DNA of 64,000 nt from Arenicellales bacterium (GCA_965116335.1 OZ220677.1:1315933-1379932), one strand, 5' to 3'. Positions 38,947 to 48,897 are shown, numbered from the stretch's first letter. Notes: generated by a model not told the origin, from the letters alone. Program-made: numbers and translations.

Positions 38947-39951
38947 ATGGGACACATCGTACTGGACAAGGTGAAGAAGAGTTTCAATGATCTCACCGTC
39001 ATTCCTCCCCTGGATCTCGAGATGGAGGATGGTGAGTTCGTCGTTTTCGTCGGCCCCTCCGGTTGCGGCAAATCGACTCTCCTGCGGCTGATTGCGGGGC
39101 TTGAGGATGTCACTGGCGGCACGATCAGGATCGACGGGCAGGACGCGACCGCCGTACCGCCCGCCAGGCGCGGACTCGCCATGGTTTTTCAGTCCTACGC
39201 GCTCTATCCCCACATGACGGTTCGCAAGAACATCAGTTTTCCCCTTCGGATGGCGAAGCTGGATCAGGCCGAGCAGGAGCGGCGAGTGCAACAGGCAGCC
39301 GAGGTCCTGAACCTCACCGAATACCTCGACCGGCGACCCGGCCAGCTTTCCGGCGGCCAGCGCCAGCGCGTGGCTATCGGCCGTGCCATCGTGCGTGAAC
39401 CATCCGCTTTCCTGTTCGACGAGCCGCTCTCTAATCTCGACGCAGCGCTCCGCGTCGGCATGCGTCTTGAAATCAGCGAACTGCATAAGCGGCTGAAAAC
39501 GACCATGATCTACGTCACCCACGACCAGGTCGAGGCGATGACCATGGCGGACAAGATCGTCGTCCTCCAGGCCGGGAGGATAGAGCAGGTGGGCTCGCCA
39601 CTGGAACTCTACCGGACACCCCGCAACCGGTTCGTTGCCGGGTTCATCGGCTCCCCCGGAATGAACTTCCTGGAAGGGATTGAAGCCAGCAAGCACGATG
39701 CAACTATGATCGGCATCCGCCCCGAACACATCACGCCGTCACCGGATGAGGGCATCTGGAAGGGGCGAGTGGGCGTCGCCGAACATCTCGGTTCGGACAC
39801 GTTCTTCCACGTCCATATAGAGGAATGCGCCGAACCAGTCACCGTGAGATCAGGCGGCGAGGTGGACATGCACCACGGTGACACGATCTATTTGACCCCG
39901 GATGCCCAACAGATCCATCGGTTCGACGAGCGGGGTCTGCGCATTGGGTGA
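38947..39951 (+). CDS. Sugar ABC transporter ATP-binding protein (MalK/UgpC/SmoK-like)
   Basis: [37 protein letters not shown], and a MalK-type C-terminal domain. Confidence 0.9.
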   Translation: MGHIVLDKVKKSFNDLTVIPPLDLEMEDGEFVVFVGPSGCGKSTLLRLIAGLEDVTGGTIRIDGQDATAVPPARRGLAMVFQSYALYPHMTVRKNISFPLRMAKLDQAEQERRVQQAAEVLNLTEYLDRRPGQLSGGQRQRVAIGRAIVREPSAFLFDEPLSNLDAALRVGMRLEISELHKRLKTTMIYVTHDQVEAMTMADKIVVLQAGRIEQVGSPLELYRTPRNRFVAGFIGSPGMNFLEGIEASKHDATMIGIRPEHITPSPDEGIWKGRVGVAEHLGSDTFFHVHIEECAEPVTVRSGGEVDMHHGDTIYLTPDAQQIHRFDERGLRIG

Positions 39952-39953
39952 AG

Positions 39954-41444
39954 ATGATCCGTCTATCGAACGCCACGCTGAGCGACCTGCCGGAAACGAT
40001 TGCCCGGCCAGGCTATGACCGAACCTCCCTGACTCCGGGGATCATTCATGTCGGGGTCGGAAATTTCCATCGGGCGCATCAGGCGTGGTATCTGCATCGG
40101 CTGTTGCAGATGGGTCTCAACCACGATTGGGCGATCATTGGCGCCGGTATCCGCCCCTACGATGCCACGCAACGAAGCAAGCTCAGGCAGCAGGATTACC
40201 TGTCGACGCTGATTGAGCTGGATTCATCAGGCATATCGGCAGAGGTGATTGGCGCGATGATTGACTATATTCCAGTCGAGCAGGGCAACGCCGCCCTGAT
40301 CCGCCGGATGACCGATCCGGCGATCCGGATTGTCGAGCTGACGGTGACCGTAGGAGGCTACTACATTGATCCCGCGACCCATGGTTTCGACACGGCGCAT
40401 CCCGACATACTGCACGACGTCGCCAATCCAGAGCGCCCGCGCACCGTGTTTGGCGCGATGGTTGCAGCGCTCAGGTGCAGACGCGATCAGGGGTTCGGCC
40501 CGTTCACCGGCCAGAGTTGCGACAACCTCCGGAACAATGGCGCGGTGCTCCGCCAGACCCTGGTTTCACTCGCACAGGCAACCGACCCGGACCTTGCCAG
40601 ATGGATTGACTCGAACTGCACGTTCCCGAACTCGATGGTCGACTGTATCGTGCCCGCCACCGGCCCGGACGAACTCACACTGGCACGCAAATTCGGCATT
40701 GATGATCAGGTTCCGGTCACACATGAGAGCTTCCGCCAGTGGGTTATCGAGGATGACTTCTGCGCCGGGCGTCCGGACTGGGAGCGGGTCGGCGCCACTT
40801 TTTCGGACAGCGTCCATGGCCATGAGGCGATGAAGATCCGCATCCTGAATGCCGGTCACCAGGTCATTGCCAATCCCGGTGAAATCCTGTCCATCGAAAC
40901 CATTTCGGACTGCATGGCACAGCCCCTGATTCGCGATCTATTCTACAAGGTGCTACATGAGGAAATCCTTCCCCATGTAAAATCGGTTCCGAATCTCACG
41001 AAAGAAGACTACCTGGATCGGATCAGTCGGAGATTCTCCAACACCGCTATCGCCGATACGCCACGGCGCGTTGCCGCCGAGGGATCGGCACGCCATACCT
41101 GCTTTATTCTGCCGATCCTGCGTGACGGGCTTAAGGTCGGCACACCGATCGAGGGACTCGCACTGGTCGAGGCATTGTGGGCGCGGATGTGTGCGGGGCA
41201 ACGAGAGGACGGCACCGTCATCGAGCCGAACGACCCGCTCTGGGACAGCCTTCTGGAGGCGGCCAATGTGGCACGAGAACATCCGCGCGCCTGGCTGGAA
41301 CAACGCCAGTTCTACGGTGACCTGGTGGAGGCGCCCCGTTTCGTCGATGCCTTCGAACGCTGGCTCAACAAGCTCTGGTCGGATGGGTGCGAGGCGACCC
41401 TGCAGACCTATGTGGCCGCCTGTCCGGCACGTTCATGCAACTAA
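39954..41444 (+). CDS. Long-chain mannitol dehydrogenase family enzyme (mannitol 2-dehydrogenase / polyol dehydrogenase)
   Basis: PGYDRTSLTPGIIHVGVGNFHRAHQAWY is the family N-terminal signature. GTG 39948 (a GTGA overlap with the upstream gene) is an alternative start. Confidence 0.85.
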   Translation: MIRLSNATLSDLPETIARPGYDRTSLTPGIIHVGVGNFHRAHQAWYLHRLLQMGLNHDWAIIGAGIRPYDATQRSKLRQQDYLSTLIELDSSGISAEVIGAMIDYIPVEQGNAALIRRMTDPAIRIVELTVTVGGYYIDPATHGFDTAHPDILHDVANPERPRTVFGAMVAALRCRRDQGFGPFTGQSCDNLRNNGAVLRQTLVSLAQATDPDLARWIDSNCTFPNSMVDCIVPATGPDELTLARKFGIDDQVPVTHESFRQWVIEDDFCAGRPDWERVGATFSDSVHGHEAMKIRILNAGHQVIANPGEILSIETISDCMAQPLIRDLFYKVLHEEILPHVKSVPNLTKEDYLDRISRRFSNTAIADTPRRVAAEGSARHTCFILPILRDGLKVGTPIEGLALVEALWARMCAGQREDGTVIEPNDPLWDSLLEAANVAREHPRAWLEQRQFYGDLVEAPRFVDAFERWLNKLWSDGCEATLQTYVAACPARSCN

Positions 41445-41466
41445 CCCATTCTTTCGAGGCACCCCC

Positions 41467-42399
41467 ATGTTTCTGAGTTGCGGCGAAGCACTCTATGACC
41501 TCTTCCTTTCAACCGAAGCGGACAGCGATGTCACTTTCGATGCTCGCATCGGCGGCTCGCCCTTCAACGTCGCGGTCGGTCTCTCCCGCCTGGGGCGTAG
41601 CGCTGCCCTGTTCACCGGCATCTCCAGCGACCCCTTGGGCCGTCGGCTGGAACAGGCACTGGAGAACGAGGGGGTGAAAACCGATTATCTGGTCAGAAAA
41701 CAGAACCCGACAACCCTGGCATTGGTTACCCTGGGCTCCCGGGGCCTCCCTCATTACAGCTTCTACGGCCACGATGCGGCCGACAGTTCGGTTACCGAAA
41801 CTGACTTGCCTGAAATACCCCGGTCGGTGCCCACCATACACTTCGGCTCATACTCCCTGGTGGTGGAGCCGACCGGCTCCTCGTTACTCCGGCTTGCCCA
41901 ACGCCATCATGACCGGAGACTGGTCTCGTTCGACCCCAACCTCCGCCTCAATGTCGAGCCGGATCTGGGCAAGTGGCGTGAGCGGGTCGAGGCCTTCACC
42001 GAGATCGCCGATCTGATCAAGGTGAGTGACGAGGACCTGGAATTGCTGTTCCCCGGCGACGAGATCGAAAGCTCGATCTACCGCTGGAATTCCCGCGGAG
42101 TCCATCTCATCGTAGTGACCCGCGGCGATGGTGGGGCCCTGGTTTCTCTCCGCGGAGAAGTCTTTGAAACCACCGGACGCCAGGTGGAGGTGATGGATAC
42201 GGTAGGGGCCGGTGACAGTTTCCAGGCAGGGCTTCTTTGCGCACTGGATGAACTCGGCAAGGCAACCAAATCGGGACTGTCCCGGATTTCGCTGGACGAA
42301 TGCCGCCAGGTCGTGGATTTTGCCACGGCGGCAGCGGCAATCACCTGCACGCGCCGCGGCGCCGACCTGCCCTTTCGTTCCGAACTGCCGGATCTCTAG
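41467..42399 (+). CDS. PfkB-family carbohydrate kinase (fructokinase)
   Basis: MFLSCGEALYDLF...GGSPFNVAVGLSRLG (N-terminal motif) and DTVGAGDSFQAGLL (PfkB signature 2). The track ORF start at 41071 overlaps the dehydrogenase gene in another frame. Confidence 0.85.
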   Translation: MFLSCGEALYDLFLSTEADSDVTFDARIGGSPFNVAVGLSRLGRSAALFTGISSDPLGRRLEQALENEGVKTDYLVRKQNPTTLALVTLGSRGLPHYSFYGHDAADSSVTETDLPEIPRSVPTIHFGSYSLVVEPTGSSLLRLAQRHHDRRLVSFDPNLRLNVEPDLGKWRERVEAFTEIADLIKVSDEDLELLFPGDEIESSIYRWNSRGVHLIVVTRGDGGALVSLRGEVFETTGRQVEVMDTVGAGDSFQAGLLCALDELGKATKSGLSRISLDECRQVVDFATAAAAITCTRRGADLPFRSELPDL

Positions 42400-42411
42400 T
42401 ATACCGGCGCC

Positions 42412-43647
42412 ATGCCACCCTTATCGAATATGCGAACCGGAGAGTCGATCGGGCTCAGAGCCTTCAACGAGCGTTTGATGATCACTGCCATACGGCAGGC
42501 AAGCGCACTATCAAAAGCGGAAATCGCACGTGCCACCGGACTCAGCGGCCAGGCCGCGACTGTGATCGTCAATTCGCTGCTTGACGAGGGACTTCTGGTC
42601 AAGTGCGAGAAGGTTCGGGGCAGAGTGGGCAAACCTTTCACTCCGGTCGCGCTCAACCCCGAAGGCGCCTTTTCCCTGGGTGTCAAGATTGGGCGCCGCA
42701 GTCTCGAGGCTCTTCTCGTCGATTTCTGTGGCAGCATCGTGGCTTCCCGGTCAACGGCCTATCACGCCCCGCTCCCGGCGCAGACCATGGCCATGGCGAC
42801 CGACCTTACTCTGGAACTCATGAGTGGACTTGATCGTGACCTGCGCGCCCGCATCGTCGGCCTCGGTGTCGCGATGCCCTGGGTTCTGCATGAATGGTCG
42901 GATGTCCTGAGTCTGGAACGCGAGGCGATCGCCGCATGGCGCGAGATCGATGTCGTCGCCGAACTCGAAGCGGCGACCGGCCTTTCGGTGTCGCTGTACA
43001 ACGATGCCACAGCCGCCTGTGCCGCGGAGATGATTGCCGGCGATCAAATTAACTGGCACAGCGCACTATATATCTACCTGGGCACTTTCGTCGGCGGTGG
43101 CGTTGTCATCAATAGCCGTCTCTACCGGGGTGAACAGCTCAATGCGGGCGCCCTGGGTTCGATGCCGATCGGCGGCACGGATGGAGTCGAAAAACCGCAA
43201 CAGCTCATTCACCGGGCATCAGTCATTGATCTGGAACGTGCACTGGTCGCCGCCGGTTTCGACGAATCGGAAATGCTGAGCCCCCTCGGCACACGGGACC
43301 CCGAGGAGGTTTTCTCTACCTGGCTGAATCGGGCAGTAGAAGCCCTGTCCCGTGCGGTAGTGTCAGCAATGAGTGTGGTTGACTTTGAGGCGGTGATCAT
43401 TGATGGACTTCTGCGACCCGACTGGCGCCGCCGCGTGGTCGATGGAGTGGGGAGTACCTACGGCAAGCTCGATTGCACGGGCCTTTCGCCCATCGAGGTC
43501 GCAACAGGCTCCATCGGACCGAAGGCACGTGTCCTCGGGGCTGCACTGCTGCCACTCATCAGGCGGTTCTCGCCGGACACGGAACTACTCGCCCCACCCA
43601 AGACAACCCGACCCACTCCTGATCCGAGAAAACACTGCAATGATTAA
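42412..43647 (+). CDS. ROK-family transcriptional regulator
   Basis: N-terminal wHTH (LSKAEIARATGLSGQAATVIVNSLLDEGLL) followed by a ROK sugar-kinase-like domain (NDATAACAAE, GTFVGGGVV). Confidence 0.85.
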   Translation: MPPLSNMRTGESIGLRAFNERLMITAIRQASALSKAEIARATGLSGQAATVIVNSLLDEGLLVKCEKVRGRVGKPFTPVALNPEGAFSLGVKIGRRSLEALLVDFCGSIVASRSTAYHAPLPAQTMAMATDLTLELMSGLDRDLRARIVGLGVAMPWVLHEWSDVLSLEREAIAAWREIDVVAELEAATGLSVSLYNDATAACAAEMIAGDQINWHSALYIYLGTFVGGGVVINSRLYRGEQLNAGALGSMPIGGTDGVEKPQQLIHRASVIDLERALVAAGFDESEMLSPLGTRDPEEVFSTWLNRAVEALSRAVVSAMSVVDFEAVIIDGLLRPDWRRRVVDGVGSTYGKLDCTGLSPIEVATGSIGPKARVLGAALLPLIRRFSPDTELLAPPKTTRPTPDPRKHCND

Positions 43648-44260
43648 TCTATATACCTGGAGTACCCCGAACGGACGTAAAGTGTCCATCATGCTTGAGG
43701 AAACCGGCCTGCCCTACCAGGTTCACCCGGTCGACATCGGCAAGAATGATCAATTCGATGAAGATTTCCTGAAAATAAGCCCGAACAACAAGATTCCGGC
43801 TATCGTCGATGAAGAAAATGGCTTGAGCATGATGGAATCCGGCGCCATCCTGATTTATCTGGCCGACAAAACCGGGATGCTGATGCCACAGGCCAGGCGC
43901 TGGCAAATCCTGGAATGGCTGATGTTCCAGATGGGCGGTTTCGGCCCGATGCTCGGACAAGCCCATCACTTCCTGCACTTCAAGCCCGGAGCCAGTGAAT
44001 ACGCCGAGAAAAGATACAAGGTCGAAGCCCAGCGTCTCTATGCCGTACTCGACGACCACCTGGAAGACCATGAATACGTCGCTGGCGATTACTCAATCGC
44101 CGATATCGCACTATGGCCCTGGGCCTCCCGGTTCGAGTGGCAAAAAGTTGACATGACCGACTTCCCCAACATCAAACGCTGGTACACCCAAATAGCCACC
44201 CGCCCCGCTGTACAAAAAGGCTACCGCATCCCGGTAGATACAGAAATACCAATGCCGTAG
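43640..44260 (+). CDS. Glutathione S-transferase, YfcG-like (Nu class)
   Basis: MINLYTWSTPNGRKVSIMLEETGLPYQVHPVDIGKNDQFDEDFLKISPNNKIPAIVD is colinear with E. coli YfcG as I recall it. The ATG overlaps the ROK gene's end by 8 nt. Confidence 0.85.
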   Translation: MINLYTWSTPNGRKVSIMLEETGLPYQVHPVDIGKNDQFDEDFLKISPNNKIPAIVDEENGLSMMESGAILIYLADKTGMLMPQARRWQILEWLMFQMGGFGPMLGQAHHFLHFKPGASEYAEKRYKVEAQRLYAVLDDHLEDHEYVAGDYSIADIALWPWASRFEWQKVDMTDFPNIKRWYTQIATRPAVQKGYRIPVDTEIPMP

Positions 44261-44261
44261 T

Positions 44262-44315
44262 ATCACTCCCCCCTTGAGGGGGAGTCAAATCGTGCGAAGC
44301 GGATTTGGTGGGGGG
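44262..44315. repeat. REP double-hairpin module DE (reverse orientation); left border of the repeat-rich island
   Basis: ATCACTCCCCCCTTGAGGGGGAGTCAAATCG.GCGAAGCGGATTTGGTGGGGGG. The same element recurs at 47747, 48821, 50086 and 53911. Confidence 0.7.
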
Positions 44316-44321
44316 TTGTTT

Positions 44322-45887
44322 TCAGGCCGGGATTACTTTCACTGCGGCCAGATTCCGGTCTTTGGCACTGAACGCTATGCCGATCAGATGGATGGGTTGG
44401 TTTTGGCTGCGGTACTTGTCGGCATAACCTTTCTCCTGTATCTGTTCAATCGCCTGTTGTGCCGTATCCTCACTATTGCTGTCTGTATCTGACATCTTGA
44501 ACTCAAATACGAATACCTGATCTCCATGCAATACCACCATATCTGCCCGACCCCGGCTGCTGGAATCCTCTACCCGAAGGGTAAGACCAATCGTACAAAA
44601 GCAGGCATATAACATCCCCGCATACCAGGCTTCATATCGAGCCGGACTCCGGGTGGACTGCCACTGATACGGAATCCCGGCGAAGAATGATTGTAGATGC
44701 TCCGTGAATCCATCGAAGTCATTGGCTACCAGCAGACGCGCCAGTTGATCGCCCTGATCTGCTGTTTCGATTCTGCGTCCTGTGATATAACCGAGCAATC
44801 CATGGTTCAGACTCTGTCGCACCTCGAAGTTCGGATAATCCAGCGTGTAGAGAGTCCGTGCACCATCCCATTCTCGTTCGACAAGGGTTAAGTAGCCGGT
44901 CTGAAACAACAGGGCATCAATGGTGATGTCATCTATATCGAAGGTGGAGAGTAAGTCTTCATCAGAGATACGATTCTCCAGTTCCAGTGGACTGATTTCC
45001 CGATCCATCATGACGCGAAACAGGAAAGTCGGGGAACCGGTCTCAAACCAATGCGACTTGAACTGGCGTTTGCGGAACAACAGCAATAGATCAAATGGAT
45101 TGTACAGTTTCTCTTCTCCGAGCCAGTGATAGCCGTTATACCATTTACGGATTTCATCCCGGTCAAGACCGGGTAACTCCGGGGCGAATACGGTGTCGAG
45201 GTCTTTGTCGGTATAGCCGCAGATCGTAGCAAACTCTGGATCCAGGCTGATATTGTCCAGGTTGTTGAGGCCGGAGAACAAACTCACTTTCGAGAACATA
45301 CTGATGCCGGTGACGAAGACGAAGCGGACATCCCGGGCACTGTCCTTGATGATGCCGTAGAAGCCACGCAGGTAATCCCGGTTGGCTCTGGCCATTTCCG
45401 GGTTATCCAGTACATCCAGAATCGGTTTGTCGTATTCGTCTACCAGAATGACGACCTTTCGCCCGGTCTGTGCATGCAGGCGATTCAGTATGTTTCTCAG
45501 ACGGCGGGGGCCGGTGTGCGACTCAGTGGCTTGAGTAAGTCCGTAACGACGTTCTACACTTTCCAACTGCTCGATAATGTCGCCATCCAGTTCGCCAGGC
45601 TCGTTGTACTTGCCACCAAAGCTCAATCGCACCACGGGATGTTTGACCGACCAATCCCAGTGCGGATGGATATGCAACCCCTGAAACAGGACTTCATTGC
45701 CCTCGAACAGTTCCTGTAATGTATCGATCAGCAGACTCTTGCCGAATCGACGTGGGCGAGACAGGAAATAGAAACTCCCCATTTCGACCAGTCGCTGGAT
45801 ATGAGGGGTCTTATCGACGTAGTAGCAGTCCTGTTCCCGAATGGTACGGAAATCCTGGATACCGATGGGGAGTCTATGGCGAGTCAT
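44322..45887 (-). CDS. AAA-ATPase_like domain + PD-(D/E)XK (PDDEXK_9-like) protein
   Basis: N-terminus LPIGIQDFRTIREQDCYYVDKTPHIQRLVEMGSFYFLSRPRRFGKSLLIDTL is the hallmark of this family. The C-terminus RGRADMVVLHGDQVFVFEFK looks like a nuclease core. Confidence 0.8.
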   Translation of the reverse strand: MTRHRLPIGIQDFRTIREQDCYYVDKTPHIQRLVEMGSFYFLSRPRRFGKSLLIDTLQELFEGNEVLFQGLHIHPHWDWSVKHPVVRLSFGGKYNEPGELDGDIIEQLESVERRYGLTQATESHTGPRRLRNILNRLHAQTGRKVVILVDEYDKPILDVLDNPEMARANRDYLRGFYGIIKDSARDVRFVFVTGISMFSKVSLFSGLNNLDNISLDPEFATICGYTDKDLDTVFAPELPGLDRDEIRKWYNGYHWLGEEKLYNPFDLLLLFRKRQFKSHWFETGSPTFLFRVMMDREISPLELENRISDEDLLSTFDIDDITIDALLFQTGYLTLVEREWDGARTLYTLDYPNFEVRQSLNHGLLGYITGRRIETADQGDQLARLLVANDFDGFTEHLQSFFAGIPYQWQSTRSPARYEAWYAGMLYACFCTIGLTLRVEDSSSRGRADMVVLHGDQVFVFEFKMSDTDSNSEDTAQQAIEQIQEKGYADKYRSQNQPIHLIGIAFSAKDRNLAAVKVIPA

Positions 45888-46035
45888 TATCCATGTTCTT
45901 TGAGGAAGGGTTCAGCCATCATGCCACCCAATGCAGGCGTATGCAAGTACGCTAAGATCAATCTACATGGTAATCATCCCTGCAGCCACACGAACAATGT
46001 ATAATGGAATCACAATCAGACAAGTAATCAGGATT

Positions 46036-46257
46036 ATGGGTAGACAATTCACAGCGATCATTGAAAAAGAAGAAGGCGGATATGTATCGTTATGTCCGCA
46101 GTTGGATATTGCAAGCCAGGGTGATACTGTTGCTCAGGCGAGAATGAATCTCCAGGAAGCATTAGAGCTTTTTTTTGAGACGGCATCTACCGAAGAAATC
46201 ACACAGCGGCTGCATTCGGAAGTCTATATTACCCAAATAGAGGCAGCGGTTGGCTAA
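46036..46257 (+). CDS. hicB: HicB-family antitoxin (short, UPF0150-type)
   Basis: MGRQFTAIIEKEEGGYVSLCPQLDIASQGDTVAQARMNLQEALELFFE matches the HicB N-domain pattern. Confidence 0.8.
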   Translation: MGRQFTAIIEKEEGGYVSLCPQLDIASQGDTVAQARMNLQEALELFFETASTEEITQRLHSEVYITQIEAAVG

Positions 46258-46366
46258 ATTAAAAGTGCTGTCCGGTCAGCAAGTTTGTCAGATACTCAGT
46301 GGATTCGGGTTTGAGAAGGTAAGACAACGGGGAAGTCATGCAATAATGCAAAAAGCGGGGAAATGA
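46250..46366 (+). pseudogene. hicA: Truncated hicA toxin gene (N-terminal ~37 codons only)
   Basis: (L)AKLKVLSGQQVCQILSGFGFEKVRQRGSHAIMQKAGK* matches the HicA KLPxxSGxE...GF...RQxGSH pattern but lacks the C-terminal half. The break coincides with the first base of the sequence shared by all four downstream tandem units (GGGGAAATGATTGGCCTG). Confidence 0.7.
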
Positions 46367-46375
46367 TTGGCCTGT

Positions 46376-47026
46376 TCAGGAGAAAATCTGTGGTTTGAAA
46401 TTGTCCTTGTTGATAATGCTGGCGCTGTTGCCGGTGGCTCTGATTACGAATAATCCCTGTTTCTCTGCGTAGACATGCGCTTGTTCATCAGATTTTAACC
46501 AGGCCATCGCTCCATAGACGGTGTTTTTCTTAAAACGCGGCATGCGAGTCGTAACCTTACCCACACTGACCAGGAAATCCTTGACATCCTGCGCCTTCAA
46601 GGTGGTCTTGACTTCAACCACTACAATTTCCTGACCATTGGCCGCAATAATGTCATATTCAAAGTTATCATCGGAGCCGCTTTGTGAAATATTCCGGTAA
46701 ATCTGGTAAACATGAACGCCCTTCTCCTGTAACATCGCAACCAAATCCCCCTCTACCAGACTCTCCACCAACCGTCCCCACCGGCTGTTAAAAGAAGCTT
46801 CGTTCTTTTTAATCTGCTTGTCGGTTTCTTTCATTCGTCTGTCGGTTTCCTTCATTTCCTGCATGAGCCTTTCATGGTCGGCGGCCTGCCTGGCAGCGAT
46901 TTCTGCTATTTCCTGCATGGCTTTTTCATGTCTGGCAGCTTCTCTGGCAGCACCTTCCTCCTGGGCAGCGGCAGTTCTTTCCAAAATCGCCCAGATTTCG
47001 TCTGGAGTGGGTACGGTGGTGGTCAT
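46376..47026 (-). CDS. Coiled-coil + PD-(D/E)XK nuclease-fold protein (DUF3782-like), paralog P1
   Basis: 216 aa. Has a Glu/Ala/Arg-rich N-terminal coiled coil. The C-terminal FEYDIIAANGQEIVVVEVKTTL gives a D-x12-E-V-K motif. Reverse-strand TATAAT (47057-47062) and an AAGGA RBS lie upstream. Confidence 0.8.
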   Translation of the reverse strand: MTTTVPTPDEIWAILERTAAAQEEGAAREAARHEKAMQEIAEIAARQAADHERLMQEMKETDRRMKETDKQIKKNEASFNSRWGRLVESLVEGDLVAMLQEKGVHVYQIYRNISQSGSDDNFEYDIIAANGQEIVVVEVKTTLKAQDVKDFLVSVGKVTTRMPRFKKNTVYGAMAWLKSDEQAHVYAEKQGLFVIRATGNSASIINKDNFKPQIFS

Positions 47027-47132
47027 TTTGATATTCCTTACGGGTAGCGATTGCGGATTATAGCAGAATCGGGGTTGGAGGCGGAGACTGTTCGGGTCTA
47101 TGACATCATTTAATCACAAAGCCCATATTGTT

Positions 47133-47242
47133 GTGGATTCCCGCCTGCGCGGGAAGGACGGGTTGGGGCGGGGGTTGATGGTTGGGTCCCCCCATCACAC
47201 CCGCTTTGCGGGATGTGATTCCCCCTCAAGGGGGGAATGATG
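47133..47242. repeat. REP cluster: module A 47133-47161, module DE 47186-47242
   Basis: Direct reading: hairpins TTCCCGC/GCGGGAA and ATTCCCCC/GGGGGGAAT. Confidence 0.7.
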
Positions 47243-47257
47243 TGATGGTGGGTTGTG

Positions 47258-47566
47258 TCAATCCGTAATTACCGGCCACTGCTCTACCACGCCGGATAAA
47301 TGCCCTATCTGTTGCGTAAGCTGGTTAATTTGCTGGTTGCCCTGATACACAAACCCCAGTATGACCAGTGTCAAAACAAAATGTAATCCGAACATCCAGC
47401 GCAATCCGGCTACATCTCGCTGGACTCCGGCAATGTCAGACTTTGTTGCTAACTGTTCGCCCTGATGCGCGACTGCCTCGGCTACCGCTTCGGCCTGGCT
47501 TGATTCAAACCCGGCTGCTTGCAGTTTTCGTGCTGTCGCCAGTGTGTCGATGGTATACGCTGCCAT
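47258..47566 (-). CDS. DUF1640/CCDC90-like tail-anchored coiled-coil protein, paralog D1 (head N1, tail C1)
   Basis: MAAYTIDTLATARKLQAAGFESSQAEAVAEAV...LATKSDI fits the FDTLxxxxxLxxAGxxxxQAEA...LATKxDL pattern. One C-terminal TM, MFGLHFVLTLVILGFVY. Confidence 0.75.
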   Translation of the reverse strand: MAAYTIDTLATARKLQAAGFESSQAEAVAEAVAHQGEQLATKSDIAGVQRDVAGLRWMFGLHFVLTLVILGFVYQGNQQINQLTQQIGHLSGVVEQWPVITD

Positions 47567-47636
47567 GTCTGTTTCTCCGCTTGTTATTTTATATGTGTCC
47601 TCTGTGGATGGATTCTGCCTGAATCCGTCCGCCCGG

Positions 47637-47800
47637 TCAACGGTAGCGGGCGACCACAGAGGGTCGCCCCTACGATGACTTTACGTGCGGTATCTGAATG
47701 GTTGTGGATTCCCGCCTGCGCGGGAAAGACGGGTTGGGACGAGAAAATCACTCCCCCCTTGAGGGGGAGTCAAATCCGCTTGCGGATTTGGTGGGGGGAC
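47637..47800. repeat. REP cluster: B 47637-47674, A 47704-47732, DE (reverse) 47747-47800
   Basis: Direct reading. The same B-A-DE order recurs at 48711-48874. Confidence 0.75.
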
Positions 47801-47823
47801 GTCGGGGGAAATGATTGGCCTGT

Positions 47824-48627
47824 TCAGGAGAAAATCTGTGGTTTGAAATTGTCCTTGTTGATGATGCTGGCACTGTTGCCGGTGGCTCTGATTACAAATA
47901 ATCCCTGTTTCTCTGCATAGACATGCGCTTGCTCATCAGACTTTAACCAGGCGATCGCTCCATAGACGGTTTTGTCCTTAAAACTCTGCATTCGAGTCGT
48001 AACCTTACCCACACTGACCAGGAAATCCTTGACATCCTGCGCCTTCAAGGTGGTCTTGACTTCAACCACTACAATTTCCTGACCATTGGCCGCAATAATG
48101 TCATATTCAAAGTTATCATCGGAGCCGCTTTGTGAAATATTCCGGTAAATCTGGTAAACATGAACGCCCTTCTCCTGTAACATCGCAACCAAATCCCCCT
48201 CTACCAGACTCTCCACCAACCGTCCCCACCGGCTGTTAAAAGAAGCTTCGTTCTTTTTAATCTGCTTGTCGGTTTCTTTCATTCGTCTGTCGGTTTCCTT
48301 CATTTCCTGCATGAGCTCTTCATGGTCGGCGGCCTGCCTGGCAGCGATTTCTGCTATTTCCTGCATGGATTTTTCATGTCTGGCATCCTCTCTGGCGGCA
48401 GCTTCCTTCCGCCTGGCATCTTCTATGGCGGCGGCTTCCTTCCGCCTGGCATCCTCTATAGCGGCGGCTTCCTCCTGTCTGGCAGCAGCAGCTTCCTCTC
48501 TGGCAGCAGCAGCTTCCTGTCTGGCAGCGGTTTCTTTGCTGATGGCGGCGGTTTCTTCCAGGTTGGCGGAAACTTCTTTCAGAATCGCCCAGATTTCGTC
48601 TGGAGTGGGTACGGTGGTGGTGGTCAT
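47824..48627 (-). CDS. Coiled-coil + PD-(D/E)XK nuclease-fold protein, paralog P2 (longest coiled coil)
   Basis: 267 aa from ATG 48627 (MTTTTVPTPDEIW). The track ORF extends to 48825 only by reading through REP hairpins. The C-terminal ~150 aa are nearly identical to P1, P3 and P4. Confidence 0.8.
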   Translation of the reverse strand: MTTTTVPTPDEIWAILKEVSANLEETAAISKETAARQEAAAAREEAAAARQEEAAAIEDARRKEAAAIEDARRKEAAAREDARHEKSMQEIAEIAARQAADHEELMQEMKETDRRMKETDKQIKKNEASFNSRWGRLVESLVEGDLVAMLQEKGVHVYQIYRNISQSGSDDNFEYDIIAANGQEIVVVEVKTTLKAQDVKDFLVSVGKVTTRMQSFKDKTVYGAIAWLKSDEQAHVYAEKQGLFVIRATGNSASIINKDNFKPQIFS

Positions 48628-48710
48628 TTCGACATTCCTTACAGGTAGCGATTGCGGATTATAGCAGAATCGGGGTTGGAGGCGGAGACTGTTCGGGATC
48701 GGAACGGGTG

Positions 48711-48874
48711 TCAACGATAGCGGGCGACCACAGAGGGTCGCCCCTACGATGACTTTACGTGCGGTATCTGAATGGGTGTGGATTCCCGCTTGTGCGGGAA
48801 TGACGGGTTGGGACGAGAAAATCACTCCCCCCTTGAGGGGGAGTCAAGTCCGCTTGCGGATTTGGTGGGGGGAC
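48711..48874. repeat. REP cluster: B 48711-48748, A 48778-48806, DE (reverse) 48821-48874
   Basis: Direct reading. Confidence 0.75.
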
Positions 48875-48897
48875 GTCGGGGGAAATGATTGGCCTGT

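Noticed and set aside
41071-41466. N-terminal 132 codons of track ORF 41071..42399
   Set aside because: This stretch overlaps the mannitol-dehydrogenase gene in another frame. PfkB-type sequence begins only at ATG 41467 (MFLSCGEALYDLF).
43400-43639. N-terminal extension of the GST ORF 43400..44260
   Set aside because: It lies inside the ROK regulator gene in another frame. YfcG-like sequence starts at MINLY (43640).
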